A DNA stretch of 63,130 nt from Acutalibacteraceae bacterium. Its GTDB lineage: Bacteria > Bacillota > Clostridia > Oscillospirales > Acutalibacteraceae. Made by a program: the position numbers and the translations under genes. Shown here one piece after another: positions 30,604-41,204 of this stretch. Numbering within the stretch: the first letter of the stretch is position 1; each line of letters starts with the position of its first letter. Below the pieces are notes generated by a model that was not told the origin of the DNA, ran no database searches, and saw only the letters and a program-made list of their open reading frames with translations. The DNA is taken from positions 1 through 63,130 of the forward strand of contig JAZNLE010000101.1 in NCBI GenBank assembly GCA_045578885.1, in the 5' to 3' direction.

Positions 30604-31872
30604 CTATTTTATTCTTCGCCAATAAAACTTGTCGCAAAATTCATCAAGCATACAACTTGTCGGTATATATATACCTGTCGAAAAAGCCATCTTGTTGCCT
30701 GCACTCAATTGTTCCTCAGGAACAATATCTAAACAATCAAGACTTAAATAGGTTTCTCCGTTTTCATCGTTGAGTATTTGGTGTAATAACAGCATATCCA
30801 CTGTGTTTCCTTCGTCACTCAGGCCTGCTATATAACGTGCCAAAACACTCGCACCCGACGAAACTTTTTTTATTCCTAATTCATTCATATCGAAATGCAA
30901 TAAGCTCACTTGACCATCGGCGATTTCTTTTTCGACTATTGCATTAATGGATAAAAATATCTCATGTGCGCTATATTCGATTCTCAAATAGGTTATTTTT
31001 AAGAAACCCGTACTATGAAAATAATTCGCCTCTAACCCCGCATCTTTTATGCTTTCCTGTAGATAAATTCTTTTAGAAATAAAGCCTTTGTCGAACAACT
31101 CCCATGTTCCGCCAAAGATTTCTGACGGATTTATCAGATTTCCATTATCATCCTTGTTACCTATCCACACACTGCCTACTGGATGTGTGATTTTATCTAT
31201 ATACTCTTTTATCACTTTATTAGGAACAAGATTTTCACTATATTCATTCATTTTATCGTCAATGACAAATTTCGGATTGAAACCTGTCGAAGCGCCTCCG
31301 CCGGATAAAATAAACACCATGTTTCCGTCCTCAAGCGATCTTTTCGCCTCTTCGGTTTTCGCCTGCGCCTCCTGCGCCTCTTTAGCCTTGTCTTGAGCAA
31401 CCTGTGCGCTTGACTTCGCAATCGCGGCAAGAGAGGAAAGCGATTGAAATTCGGCATCGTTATCATTGTTGGCAAAGTTGGAAAACGCAAGCCGAAGCTT
31501 CGCGGTATAACTGCAAAGCTCGTTTTTAACAAACTCGACTTCGCTATTATTTGTACCCAAGACCGAAATCACCAGCTGTACCTCAACAAGTCCACCATAT
31601 CGGGTCAGATAATTCTCTAACTGATATGTAACCGTCGAACTCGTAAGCGTTGCTATGTCCGAACGGTGTACCCCGCGTGAACCGTCGAACCCGTCAAAGC
31701 GGTATACGAGCCGTCCGCTTCCTTTTTTAGTTGTCAGCCAATCCCATAGCGCCGAGCTTATATTAAACTTAAGCTCGGTTACCCTGTGGTCGCCCTGCAC
31801 CCCCGCATCCTGTACTGAAGATGGGTTTATCATTCGGTACAGGTCAACGGTGTAATTGATTGTTTGTCCCAT
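30604..31872 (-). CDS. Tail fibre/spike protein (paralog of the C-terminal module of 28676..30592)
   Basis: 422 aa. It shares SENLVPNKVIKEY, HPVGSVW..FGGTWE and the terminal MLDEFCDKFYWRR with the next gene. Confidence 0.6.
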   Translation of the reverse strand: MGQTINYTVDLYRMINPSSVQDAGVQGDHRVTELKFNISSALWDWLTTKKGSGRLVYRFDGFDGSRGVHRSDIATLTSSTVTYQLENYLTRYGGLVEVQLVISVLGTNNSEVEFVKNELCSYTAKLRLAFSNFANNDNDAEFQSLSSLAAIAKSSAQVAQDKAKEAQEAQAKTEEAKRSLEDGNMVFILSGGGASTGFNPKFVIDDKMNEYSENLVPNKVIKEYIDKITHPVGSVWIGNKDDNGNLINPSEIFGGTWELFDKGFISKRIYLQESIKDAGLEANYFHSTGFLKITYLRIEYSAHEIFLSINAIVEKEIADGQVSLLHFDMNELGIKKVSSGASVLARYIAGLSDEGNTVDMLLLHQILNDENGETYLSLDCLDIVPEEQLSAGNKMAFSTGIYIPTSCMLDEFCDKFYWRRIK

Positions 31873-31885
31873 AAATTTACCTCCT

Positions 31886-31931
31886 TAAAAATAACTAAGT
31901 TAGTTAAAACCGAACATTTTAACTAACTTAG
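31886..31931 (-). terminator. Strong hairpin/terminator between the giant ORF and the fibre genes
   Basis: Perfect 15-bp stem CTAAGTTAGTTAAAA/TTTTAACTAACTTAG with a 7-nt loop, followed on the minus strand by TTATTTTT and then the fibre RBS. Confidence 0.6.
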
Positions 31932-31973
31932 CAAATATTAAAGCGCCTGCCCTATTGGCAAACGCTTTTTAAA

Positions 31974-34900
31974 TTACTTATGCTGATTCAAGAAATAGTT
32001 TTTGATTTTTTGGTCAATATCCATTTCCCGAACTGCAGCCGACTTTTCCGCCTTAGAAACCCCACCGCTTTTATCGGTATCCGCGTTCTTTTTGCTTGTT
32101 GCAATCTTGTAGAGCAAATACTCGCCAACATCAATACCTACCGATTTCATATAAGAAATTCGGGCAATTTCTAAACCGTCATTAATTAAGCTCGCTGACA
32201 TTCCTTCGTCAAGCATTTGTTGTTTTAACCTTTTATAATTCGATTTGTTATTGCGATAAGCTTCATACAATTCATCGAAGCTGTCAGGTTTCGAAACCAT
32301 TGCCTTAACTGTTTTTTCTGTAGCAAGCGACGACATAATATCACTTTCAAGCTTTTGTTTATCCTCATCATCAAACGAAGTAAAGGTTTTATTTTCATCC
32401 AATGATTTCATATACTGTTTTGTTTGCTTTTGCACTTCTCCGCTCTCGCGATAAACCTTTTTTATTCCACTTTTGATTTTAGAATCATCTTTGCCTGAAT
32501 CGATAAGGTCTTTATAAATAGCTTGATACTCTTTTTCATCATCCTTTTCGGCAGCTTTAACCAGCGCTTCGTATTTATCAGAATTGCTATAGTCAAAAAT
32601 CGAAGACTTTATCCCCTGCCAATCAGTTTTGTTATCATTAACGAAAAAGTCTTTATAGAGATTATATGCCGACCTACCATCACGCAACATGTTCTTAACA
32701 GGAATCCCTAGGAAAGCCGCTAAGCTTCCCAATATGCTTTCGAATTTTTGATATTCGGATTTACTATCGCTGTTTAAGGTTTTAACCGACTGTGCCAAAT
32801 CACTGAAAAGGTTCATATCAGCTCTCTCTACTGTGTAACCCTCGAAAATTGAGACAATATCCTTGACAAAAGGAATTAAATTCCAAGGCATTATATCAGA
32901 AACAAAATTGCCAACAAAGTTTCCTACATATTTTTCCAAATATGTTTTATCCTCGTCATCGTCCCGTGCGGCGGTAACAAGTGACTTCAATAATGAATTA
33001 AGCACTACACTACCCACAAAGGCGGCAACCGCATTAACTGCAAATTGTTTGCCTTGCTTTGTGCCGCTCTTAGCTTCTGTAGCCGCTCTCATTAACAAGT
33101 TAAGAGAAACGGTAGGCTCTGACATAAATGCTGTGAGCATTTGAGCGCCTGTGGATTTTGAACGCATTATTTGAGAACGAGAAATAGTAGAATCATAAAC
33201 CTGAGTATAATTTATAACCTCAGTAAACCTTTTACCGCAAGTTTCAAAAAATTCTTTGCTTCCAACCTCAAGCTTGGTGGTGTCAGCTATTTCAGCCTTA
33301 ACCGCCGCCCAAATATGCGCCCAGGTGATTTCATCTGCTTTAGCGGCAAAATATGAAAGCTTGTCATCACGGTAGGTTGAATCTTTGCTCAACAGCGCTT
33401 TTATTTTATTCTTAGCGCCTCTCGGTGTTTCTTGCAAGAGCCAATTTGTTGTTGTAGCTCCCACACCCGTATCAAAACGTCCCATTTCCTTTATGCCGGC
33501 AACAGACGTCCATTTTACACACTGCTGATAATCTCTTTCGGAAAACTTAAATGTTGTCGAAAGGAAGTATTTTGGTTTTATATGTGCCATGGCTCGAATA
33601 ATTGCCGACGGTTGCTGAACCACAACCGAAGCCGAAGCGAAAACTGCTCCCTTTTTAAATAAACTTATCCACCGATTTATTGCCTTATCCGTTTGCGATG
33701 CTCTGACGTTACCGTTCATATCTTCTATAAAGGTCTTAAGATATGTTACTGCAGATTTTCCATAAACGCGTTCTATTTCCGATTTTATATTCTTTGTACT
33801 TATCTCTTCACCCGAAGTGCCGTAATTGAAAATCTTATTCATATTTTCAAGTGGCAAAGTTAACGCATTATACATACACATTCGGTTAATATGGTCTGCG
33901 CACACTGTGGAAAAGTCGGAAAGTATCAACGGATTATTAGCGCCATATACCGTATTCTTTGTAAACGATTGATGCTTAAGCCTTGCTTCGTTCGTTACAC
34001 CCGGTTGTGAATATAAGAAGTTTTGAGCCGAATTATATGGAATATAATAATCCTCATTATATTTCCTGATACCATATAACTCCATCGATACTTCGTTACC
34101 CAGCGCCGCCATATCAGTTGAAAGATATTCAACAAAAGCATTAACGTAAGCGACCTGTTCTTTAGTGAGCCAGTTACCAACCTCAACCATATCCTTGTAA
34201 GTGATTTTGTGCGCCCTGGCATCAATTTCTTCTGAAAACATTTCAATTATCCGCTCACGGCCTTTGGTACTGCTCGACTTAAATTTATTAACTATATCTT
34301 TAAGCTTCTTTGCCGAAGGTTCGATTACAACACCACCACTAAATAAATGCTTTGAATTTTGCGAAGCGTTCTTATGTTCTCTCTTGGCTGTAGCATATAA
34401 AAGCATAGCTTGTTCGCGGGTGATTTTAATTCTATCACCATTTTCGGTAGTGAACTCAAGCTTATCATCCGCCCACTGCGAATAATTGTACTTTTCTTTT
34501 ATTTGCCTTATAAACGCTTTGCCGTTCTCTACATTTTTAAACCACTTATTTTGAGCTTCTACGACATCTCCAAATAAGGTTTTAAAAACACCGCCAATTT
34601 TATCAAAGAAATAAATCGGTGTCATGTTACTGTAAACCACCGTATCATCCAAAGCGTTGGTGACCGCGTTCGCTTTTTTAGATTCCTTTGAAGTTAGTTC
34701 TTGCATAGCAATATGGCCAACTTCGTGAATTTGTTGACTTTTACCTGCAATAAACATATCATTTGCTTGCTTAATGATATGAGATAAATTATCAACAATG
34801 TTTCTGATAAGCAACGTTTCATAAAGGTCGAGATCTCGCAAGGTTTTACCTTCAAGCTTTTCGCGAAGTTTTTTAATAGCATGTAAAATATCCTCGTCAA

Positions 34901-37900
34901 AGCCATTGGTTTCATCCAGAGCCGCCGCCTCATTCATAGCATAAGAATAAGCAAGTTGTATATCACGCAAATCTTTTCTATCAAACGGTGACCTGTCATT
35001 TTCAACAAACACACTAATAAATCTTGCTATTCCTTCTTTAAGTTCTTCGGGCACGTGCTTAGTATTACTATTTGTACGAAGCATCTTATCAATACGGCTT
35101 ACCGTTTTTCTGATATGTTCAATATTCTTTTGCTTCGAAGCTCTTTCTTCGCGTTGCGCAGTAACTTCTTGAGATATTTCGGAACGCCTGCGAGCCAACT
35201 GTTCATTTTGCCGTCTTATTCTTTTTTTAAGTTGATTAGCACGGCGCGCTGAAGATATTTTTTCAGCCCAAACTGAATCTTCCATCTCAGCCAACATATC
35301 ATCCCAATATTTATCCATTGCCGCTTTGTATTCCGACTTACTAATCTCGCCGCTCTCATACATATCAAGCAGCTCGGCGGTTTCACTGGGCATAGAAAAA
35401 GCAGGCTTATTTAAACCTGCTTCATTGTCGCGGTTGGAAAATTGAATATTTTCAATTGTACCATCTTCATTAACTTTATACGCTTCGCCATTATCTGTAT
35501 AGACTAAAGAACCAGGGATTAACCCTGCATCCGTTTCGAAATCTCCATTGCTTTCCCAAGTATCTCCGATGGAATTGCTTTCTGATGATGACTCAACCAT
35601 TTCATCATTTCGTCCCTTTGAATGGGAGTCTTGAGAAGCAACATAATCCCAATCATTTCGTCTTTTCCCACCTTCATAACCTTTAGCCATTTCATAAGGT
35701 GTTGTTGTGCTGGTGTCAATACTACCATAATAGTCGCTCCATTTTTTTATTTCTGCATTTGCTTTTTTAGTGAACCTACTTCTTTTTACTATACTACCAT
35801 TCATATAGCCAGTTGCTTCGTAAAAATATATGTGTTCATCTGTAATAATTACTACATTTTTGCGTTCTCCTTGCCGCATTCCATTTGTTTTGTTTGCAAG
35901 ACTACGGAGAAATATACTTCTTTCGCTATATGGTACTTTTCTTATAAATTCAGACGTGAGTTCGTAACTTTCCCACTTATTATACTGCTCTTCAGAGTAA
36001 CTGTCAACCACTTCTGATGACGGAACAGAAAATCTTATATCCTTCTTATCTTGATTAAACCTTTCAGAAAGAGCTATTACATTTCCATCGTTATCATAGG
36101 TTACAGGCGCCGCGCTTTTAAGCTGTGCGGAATCGAAAACGATATATGATTTTGTATGTCGGTTTTTACCGTCGTCATCGCGCTCAATAATGATACCGTC
36201 ATAATCGCTTTGAGTAATAAAGTCGTTTATTAATCCTTTCGCCTTAACGCTCGCCTTATCGCTCTTAAGCTCCCACTCGTCCATTATTTCACTTTCTTTA
36301 TCCGCAAGTCTTTGATATTTTGGGTGGCTGTATATATCGCGCTTATCGGCATCGGGATTTTCCCTCTTCCATTGGCGCATATAAGACTGCAGTTCCGTTA
36401 TAGCATCATTATCTTTTTCACGGTATTCATTATCAATTTTTTCAACCTCTTTAACCGCTTTGCTATATCCTGGTATCCTTTCGCTCCAAAATTCCTGCGC
36501 TTCGCTCCGATTTTTAAACCTTAATGGATTTTCGGTTTTAGCAAACAATTCCATTTGCTTTTTGCCTTTAAGACCGATATCTTCATCACTTGGCTTCAAA
36601 AATATTCCTGTAGGTAGTTGCCAATCAAACTTACCTGCCGCTTGATTTTCGGTATTGAATTCTGTGAACTCCGCTCCCGTCTGATGATATAACCTTTCTG
36701 TATAACCGTTTGACATAGCGGCATTATCAACCATCTCATGAAGCTGTGCGGTATCACCCGTCTCAACAGTTGACATATACTCCGCATCAGTAGGTATCGA
36801 AAATTTTAAATTTTCTTTTTCGACTTTTTCGTTTGCCGAAATCGTTTTACCGTGACCCAAGTCAGGAACTATAGATTCTCTATACTTAGGTGAAATCGGA
36901 ACACGTTTTTGAGCTTCGCGCGCCTCATACTCTCCTTTTGTGTACCAATAAGCTGTTTCAGGTGTATGTTGTTCACCGGTTCGCTTATCGATTGGCAATT
37001 TACCATCTCTTTTAAATCTTGCGTTCCAATATCCAACATCGGAACCGAATTCACGATTTTCCAATCGTTGCAAAGCATGTTGCATTTCATGAATTATTAT
37101 ACCGTTAATCTCTTTATACGGATTTTCATACGCATCTCTTGGCATCTTTCCGCCAAGTTCTTCCAACTTTTTATTAGCTTTTAAAACCTCGCTTGCAGAA
37201 ATTCTGATCGTGTAATTTTTAGCATCAAATTCACCTAATCTATCATCTTCAAAATCACATATTTCAAAATTAAAACTCTTCAATATCGGAAAAGCCTTGA
37301 AAAGCTTAGGATGCTTAATAAAATCTTCAACTTTACCTTTTCTGTAAACAGAGCCATCGCCATTCGTAGCAATATCTTTTTTAGCATTCCCTAATGGAAA
37401 GAATTTCATTGAACGGTCTTCTATTTCATATATCCATATTCCCCCGGTATCACGCATAATACCTTTTCCCCGCCAAATTTCATTGCGAATTTTTTCAGGA
37501 GAGTAATTCATATCCTGCAATTGCTTTTCCATCTGTTCAGCTTCTTCTATAAGCGCGGTATCCTGTACCCTCGCAAAACTAAACTGAAGCTTATTTTTGG
37601 AATTATTTCCGCTCTCCTGCGTATAATTATTATTGACAAATGACTCATTATTGAGTATAATGTCATTAGAAGATGAACCATCAAGGGCCTGTGAGCCCAC
37701 CACGGCTATTAACTTAGCTGAAGATGGAACATCTTCTTTTATTTTACCGACGTTATAAACTGTAGCGACTGTGCCATTATGACCAACAGAAAAGCGGATT
37801 TTATAATACGCGCCATCAAAATCTTCAAAATAAGCTGTGCGATACTCAAAACCATCTTTAGCAAAATCGTGTTTCTTTTCATCGTTAGTCAGCGGTTTAT

Positions 37901-40900
37901 TTTCTTTTAATGCAGTTTCGGCAATTTCATCTATATGTGATTCTACTCGCAATTTTACTGCAAATTCTTCATCCGACATTTTTACAGGTTTTCCATCTAC
38001 CAACTTATAATTATCTCTTGCTTTATCAGCGGTATCGTCCATAGTTATTGTTAAAATATCTCCTTCTATTGTATGAATATCAATAGAAGGTTTATTTTTT
38101 AATAACCTTTTAAAGAAATTTGTTATATCTGCTCGTTGGTCTTTTAATGTGGTTCCATTAATTACTTTTCTACTGGCTTTTACATAAGTGTTACCATTTT
38201 CCAAAACAGCAATATCAAACTGCAAATCTCCACCATCCTCGGTTGGAGTTTCTTTTTTTGTATCGACAGCCTCCGAGATCATACGGTTGAACATATCTTC
38301 AAGCCTCGAAATCTCAAGGCTTATATCGCGCTCACCTGATAATTTCTTCTTAATATAAGAAATAAAATCTCTGATATATTCAATTACCGTTTTTCTCTCT
38401 TCGTAGCTTAGGTCACTGAGCATATCTTCAAGCATTGTTGTATTGTCTGTAAAAATACATTCACCAACAAAGTCAGCAATCATTTCGCAATGAAGCTCCG
38501 CGCGGTCCTCGACACTTAGTTCCCCATTTTTATCATAAGCATATCCGCGAACTTTGGCAATTTTCAGAAGATATGCATCTTCTAAATTATTAACTTTTCT
38601 ATATCCGGTTTCTTTTCCAAGCCAATTTTTAAAAGCTCTTGATTTCTTTACCGCCTTTACGAACTTTTCATACTGCGCAGTACCTTCGCCAAAGTGAGTT
38701 AATTCATGTTTCAAAATAAATGTCACAGGGTTATACACCGTATATCCCATATGTATTGTCTTAGTATTACGGTCATAATAACCGTCCGGAAGGATATCTC
38801 CATCATTAAACTCATAACCGTAACTGCGCAATAGCTCGGCTGTAATATGTTCAAACTCAACCTTAACCCCTAGGTTATCTGCAATACTTTTTATAAAAGA
38901 CTGCTCTTTAGCGGTTGTATGTCGCCGTTGCTTACTTTTTTTGCGCACTGACAACATCTCGATATTTGAGTTCTCGGCATTACCGTCCTCTACCGTCTGT
39001 TGAACACCTAAACCCTGAACATCATTATTAGCGGTCTGTAAGCGTTCCTCAACACCTTGCTTTTCACTTCTCTGTTCGGGGGTAAGCTCCACATCAGGAG
39101 TATTAAGCAACTGTGTTTCTGTTTCAGTTAAGGGCGGCGCTGAAACATTATCAACCGCCGCCGAAGAATTTTGAGCAGTATCAAATGTTATAGCATTTCG
39201 TATAACAGCTTCAGTCTTTTCAAGGGAAGACAGTCTATTATTCATACCTTCCGTCCAAGCTTCGCTGTTTTTAATTTCGGTTATAATCTGCTGTGCTTTA
39301 ACATTCTTACCAATATCTTCAGCATTAGCGGTTTCAATTTTACCGTTTGTAGCAACTTGTGTTAAATATTCTGTAAGCTTTTGCGTGGTTTTAAAATCAA
39401 CACCGAGTTCTTGTGCACGTTCGCCTACAGCGGTTTTTATAGCAGTTCCTTTTTGTGCAGAAGCATCTGACATCACCTGAACCGCCAATCCGCCAATTTT
39501 AGCAGCAGTCATTTTACCGCTTTGCTGTATTTCGGTTGCCAATTTATATGATTGACTATTGCCATCCATAGAAAGTGCGGCATTTATAATTTCACTTTCT
39601 GCTTCATTAGCCGCAATAACTTTTCCTATCGAAGAAGTCTTTTTATAAGATGCACTCGAACTTATAGATGCAAAGCCAAAGCCCATCAATGCACCGCTTG
39701 CACCCGCTTCTAAAACTTGTAATCCAAGTTTTGTGGCTGCTTTCTTTTTGGCTTCTTCTGGCGTGTAACCATTGTCTATAAATTCCTGCACCATTATACT
39801 ATAATTAGAAATACCACCATTCATAGCATAGTCATACAAGATATTGGCGACTTCAGTAGCTGCCTCTTCGGAAAAATTGGTAGCCATTGATTTAACAAGA
39901 TTACGCGCATAATCCTTAAATCCTGTGACAGCGCCCTCTTTCATTGCGTTTAATTGACCTATAGAAAACTTTTCAAAAAAGCCTTCAAAAACACCTGCAG
40001 CAACGCCACCCCAAAAAGCTTGAGAACTATCACCACCACGTGACAAAATATCATTTGTGGTACTACCTGCAGCCGATAACCCCAAAGTAACAGCGCCAAC
40101 AGCTCCCATAGGTGCAACCACTAATGAATCCGCTCCCGACATTACGGTATTGTAGACAAAATCAAAAGCATCCCAGTTTCCTATCTCAACATCTACATTA
40201 TCGGTAACACCAGAGCGCAAAGCATTTGTTATTTTCGTGGCTGAATTTTCAGAAATTTCCCCAGTTGTTGCATAATTAAAAATATTTTTTCCTTGCTCCA
40301 CAGCACTCGCCAGATTTGTACCTATAGAAGCAATCGAACCCAATACAGCAGTAGCTTCATTCTTACTCGCGAAATTATAAGCACTTTTAACATTCTTCTC
40401 AGTAAGTCTTTCTTGTAAGTCTTCATCTAAGAACTTTAAAAATTCTTCTGCCTTCGAAATGTCGATATTGTACAGATAATTATAAATACCTTTCTCTCTT
40501 TCATTCATAAAAGCATATTTCGAATAATTTTCCTGTCCTATCCCGGAACCTACATATACACTCTGAAAATTATTGAAATTATTTATATATTCGTGTCGCC
40601 AATCTACTGTTGTATCGCCCATTAAATGTGAAGCGTTATTTATACCAGTTTTATTAGTCGTTTGAGCCACACCATTCGGCAATTTAGAATAATAATTTAT
40701 AGATTTAAAATCCTCATATTCTTTTTTTGCTTTATCATACTGTGTTTTTGTATAATGCACAGGTGATAAGTCGCTACCCATCTGAAGAAATTTAACCAAA
40801 ATGTTTCTGTCATCATTCGCTTTTGTCTCTTCATAGTTTTTCTTCGCATTATTCATTACGTCACGAAGACGTAGCTCCTCAACGTAATTGGCATCATAAC

Positions 40901-41192
40901 TCTTTGACGGAATAGTAGTTTTTAGATTTTCGGTAGCTTGATTGTTGTTAAGTTTTTTAACCGCCGCCGACTGCATATTAGAAGGTGTAAGCGCACCCTG
41001 TGGAAAAGGGGAAAATCGCTTTATATCGTTTTGAAGAATAGTTTTCTTTTCTTCCCGTACAATAGCTTCATTACTAATACTGCCTATCGTTCCATCAGCC
41101 GAAGATAATCCGCTGACTCTTTTCGCTTTAGTTGTAGCATTTTCGCCACTGATAGATTTTCCAACTATCGACAATCCACTTTTTGATATCAT
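31974..41192 (-). CDS. Giant (3072 aa) multidomain virion-associated protein, polyvalent-protein-like, with two HExxH motifs
   Basis: Uninterrupted 9219-nt ORF with RBS AAGGAG. It has a Gly/Ala-rich hydrophobic block near aa 360-520, HELTH at aa 829-833 (nt about 38694-38708), HEMQH at aa 1368-1372 (nt about 37077-37091), and an LYHQTGAEFTEF block. The C-terminal half is long and helical. Confidence 0.75.
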   Translation of the reverse strand: MISKSGLSIVGKSISGENATTKAKRVSGLSSADGTIGSISNEAIVREEKKTILQNDIKRFSPFPQGALTPSNMQSAAVKKLNNNQATENLKTTIPSKSYDANYVEELRLRDVMNNAKKNYEETKANDDRNILVKFLQMGSDLSPVHYTKTQYDKAKKEYEDFKSINYYSKLPNGVAQTTNKTGINNASHLMGDTTVDWRHEYINNFNNFQSVYVGSGIGQENYSKYAFMNEREKGIYNYLYNIDISKAEEFLKFLDEDLQERLTEKNVKSAYNFASKNEATAVLGSIASIGTNLASAVEQGKNIFNYATTGEISENSATKITNALRSGVTDNVDVEIGNWDAFDFVYNTVMSGADSLVVAPMGAVGAVTLGLSAAGSTTNDILSRGGDSSQAFWGGVAAGVFEGFFEKFSIGQLNAMKEGAVTGFKDYARNLVKSMATNFSEEAATEVANILYDYAMNGGISNYSIMVQEFIDNGYTPEEAKKKAATKLGLQVLEAGASGALMGFGFASISSSASYKKTSSIGKVIAANEAESEIINAALSMDGNSQSYKLATEIQQSGKMTAAKIGGLAVQVMSDASAQKGTAIKTAVGERAQELGVDFKTTQKLTEYLTQVATNGKIETANAEDIGKNVKAQQIITEIKNSEAWTEGMNNRLSSLEKTEAVIRNAITFDTAQNSSAAVDNVSAPPLTETETQLLNTPDVELTPEQRSEKQGVEERLQTANNDVQGLGVQQTVEDGNAENSNIEMLSVRKKSKQRRHTTAKEQSFIKSIADNLGVKVEFEHITAELLRSYGYEFNDGDILPDGYYDRNTKTIHMGYTVYNPVTFILKHELTHFGEGTAQYEKFVKAVKKSRAFKNWLGKETGYRKVNNLEDAYLLKIAKVRGYAYDKNGELSVEDRAELHCEMIADFVGECIFTDNTTMLEDMLSDLSYEERKTVIEYIRDFISYIKKKLSGERDISLEISRLEDMFNRMISEAVDTKKETPTEDGGDLQFDIAVLENGNTYVKASRKVINGTTLKDQRADITNFFKRLLKNKPSIDIHTIEGDILTITMDDTADKARDNYKLVDGKPVKMSDEEFAVKLRVESHIDEIAETALKENKPLTNDEKKHDFAKDGFEYRTAYFEDFDGAYYKIRFSVGHNGTVATVYNVGKIKEDVPSSAKLIAVVGSQALDGSSSNDIILNNESFVNNNYTQESGNNSKNKLQFSFARVQDTALIEEAEQMEKQLQDMNYSPEKIRNEIWRGKGIMRDTGGIWIYEIEDRSMKFFPLGNAKKDIATNGDGSVYRKGKVEDFIKHPKLFKAFPILKSFNFEICDFEDDRLGEFDAKNYTIRISASEVLKANKKLEELGGKMPRDAYENPYKEINGIIIHEMQHALQRLENREFGSDVGYWNARFKRDGKLPIDKRTGEQHTPETAYWYTKGEYEAREAQKRVPISPKYRESIVPDLGHGKTISANEKVEKENLKFSIPTDAEYMSTVETGDTAQLHEMVDNAAMSNGYTERLYHQTGAEFTEFNTENQAAGKFDWQLPTGIFLKPSDEDIGLKGKKQMELFAKTENPLRFKNRSEAQEFWSERIPGYSKAVKEVEKIDNEYREKDNDAITELQSYMRQWKRENPDADKRDIYSHPKYQRLADKESEIMDEWELKSDKASVKAKGLINDFITQSDYDGIIIERDDDGKNRHTKSYIVFDSAQLKSAAPVTYDNDGNVIALSERFNQDKKDIRFSVPSSEVVDSYSEEQYNKWESYELTSEFIRKVPYSERSIFLRSLANKTNGMRQGERKNVVIITDEHIYFYEATGYMNGSIVKRSRFTKKANAEIKKWSDYYGSIDTSTTTPYEMAKGYEGGKRRNDWDYVASQDSHSKGRNDEMVESSSESNSIGDTWESNGDFETDAGLIPGSLVYTDNGEAYKVNEDGTIENIQFSNRDNEAGLNKPAFSMPSETAELLDMYESGEISKSEYKAAMDKYWDDMLAEMEDSVWAEKISSARRANQLKKRIRRQNEQLARRRSEISQEVTAQREERASKQKNIEHIRKTVSRIDKMLRTNSNTKHVPEELKEGIARFISVFVENDRSPFDRKDLRDIQLAYSYAMNEAAALDETNGFDEDILHAIKKLREKLEGKTLRDLDLYETLLIRNIVDNLSHIIKQANDMFIAGKSQQIHEVGHIAMQELTSKESKKANAVTNALDDTVVYSNMTPIYFFDKIGGVFKTLFGDVVEAQNKWFKNVENGKAFIRQIKEKYNYSQWADDKLEFTTENGDRIKITREQAMLLYATAKREHKNASQNSKHLFSGGVVIEPSAKKLKDIVNKFKSSSTKGRERIIEMFSEEIDARAHKITYKDMVEVGNWLTKEQVAYVNAFVEYLSTDMAALGNEVSMELYGIRKYNEDYYIPYNSAQNFLYSQPGVTNEARLKHQSFTKNTVYGANNPLILSDFSTVCADHINRMCMYNALTLPLENMNKIFNYGTSGEEISTKNIKSEIERVYGKSAVTYLKTFIEDMNGNVRASQTDKAINRWISLFKKGAVFASASVVVQQPSAIIRAMAHIKPKYFLSTTFKFSERDYQQCVKWTSVAGIKEMGRFDTGVGATTTNWLLQETPRGAKNKIKALLSKDSTYRDDKLSYFAAKADEITWAHIWAAVKAEIADTTKLEVGSKEFFETCGKRFTEVINYTQVYDSTISRSQIMRSKSTGAQMLTAFMSEPTVSLNLLMRAATEAKSGTKQGKQFAVNAVAAFVGSVVLNSLLKSLVTAARDDDEDKTYLEKYVGNFVGNFVSDIMPWNLIPFVKDIVSIFEGYTVERADMNLFSDLAQSVKTLNSDSKSEYQKFESILGSLAAFLGIPVKNMLRDGRSAYNLYKDFFVNDNKTDWQGIKSSIFDYSNSDKYEALVKAAEKDDEKEYQAIYKDLIDSGKDDSKIKSGIKKVYRESGEVQKQTKQYMKSLDENKTFTSFDDEDKQKLESDIMSSLATEKTVKAMVSKPDSFDELYEAYRNNKSNYKRLKQQMLDEGMSASLINDGLEIARISYMKSVGIDVGEYLLYKIATSKKNADTDKSGGVSKAEKSAAVREMDIDQKIKNYFLNQHK

Positions 41193-41204
41193 GCCAATCT
41201 CTCC

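Noticed and set aside
31361-31385. Short CCTGCGCCT tandem repeat
   Set aside because: It lies within the coding sequence (an AQEAQAK-type low-complexity linker of the fibre protein). It is too short to be meaningful.
26504-31872. A possible diversity-generating retroelement acting on the fibre genes
   Set aside because: There is no reverse transcriptase anywhere in the window. The repeated fibre segments differ by mixed substitutions rather than adenine-specific changes, and no template/variable repeat pair is present.
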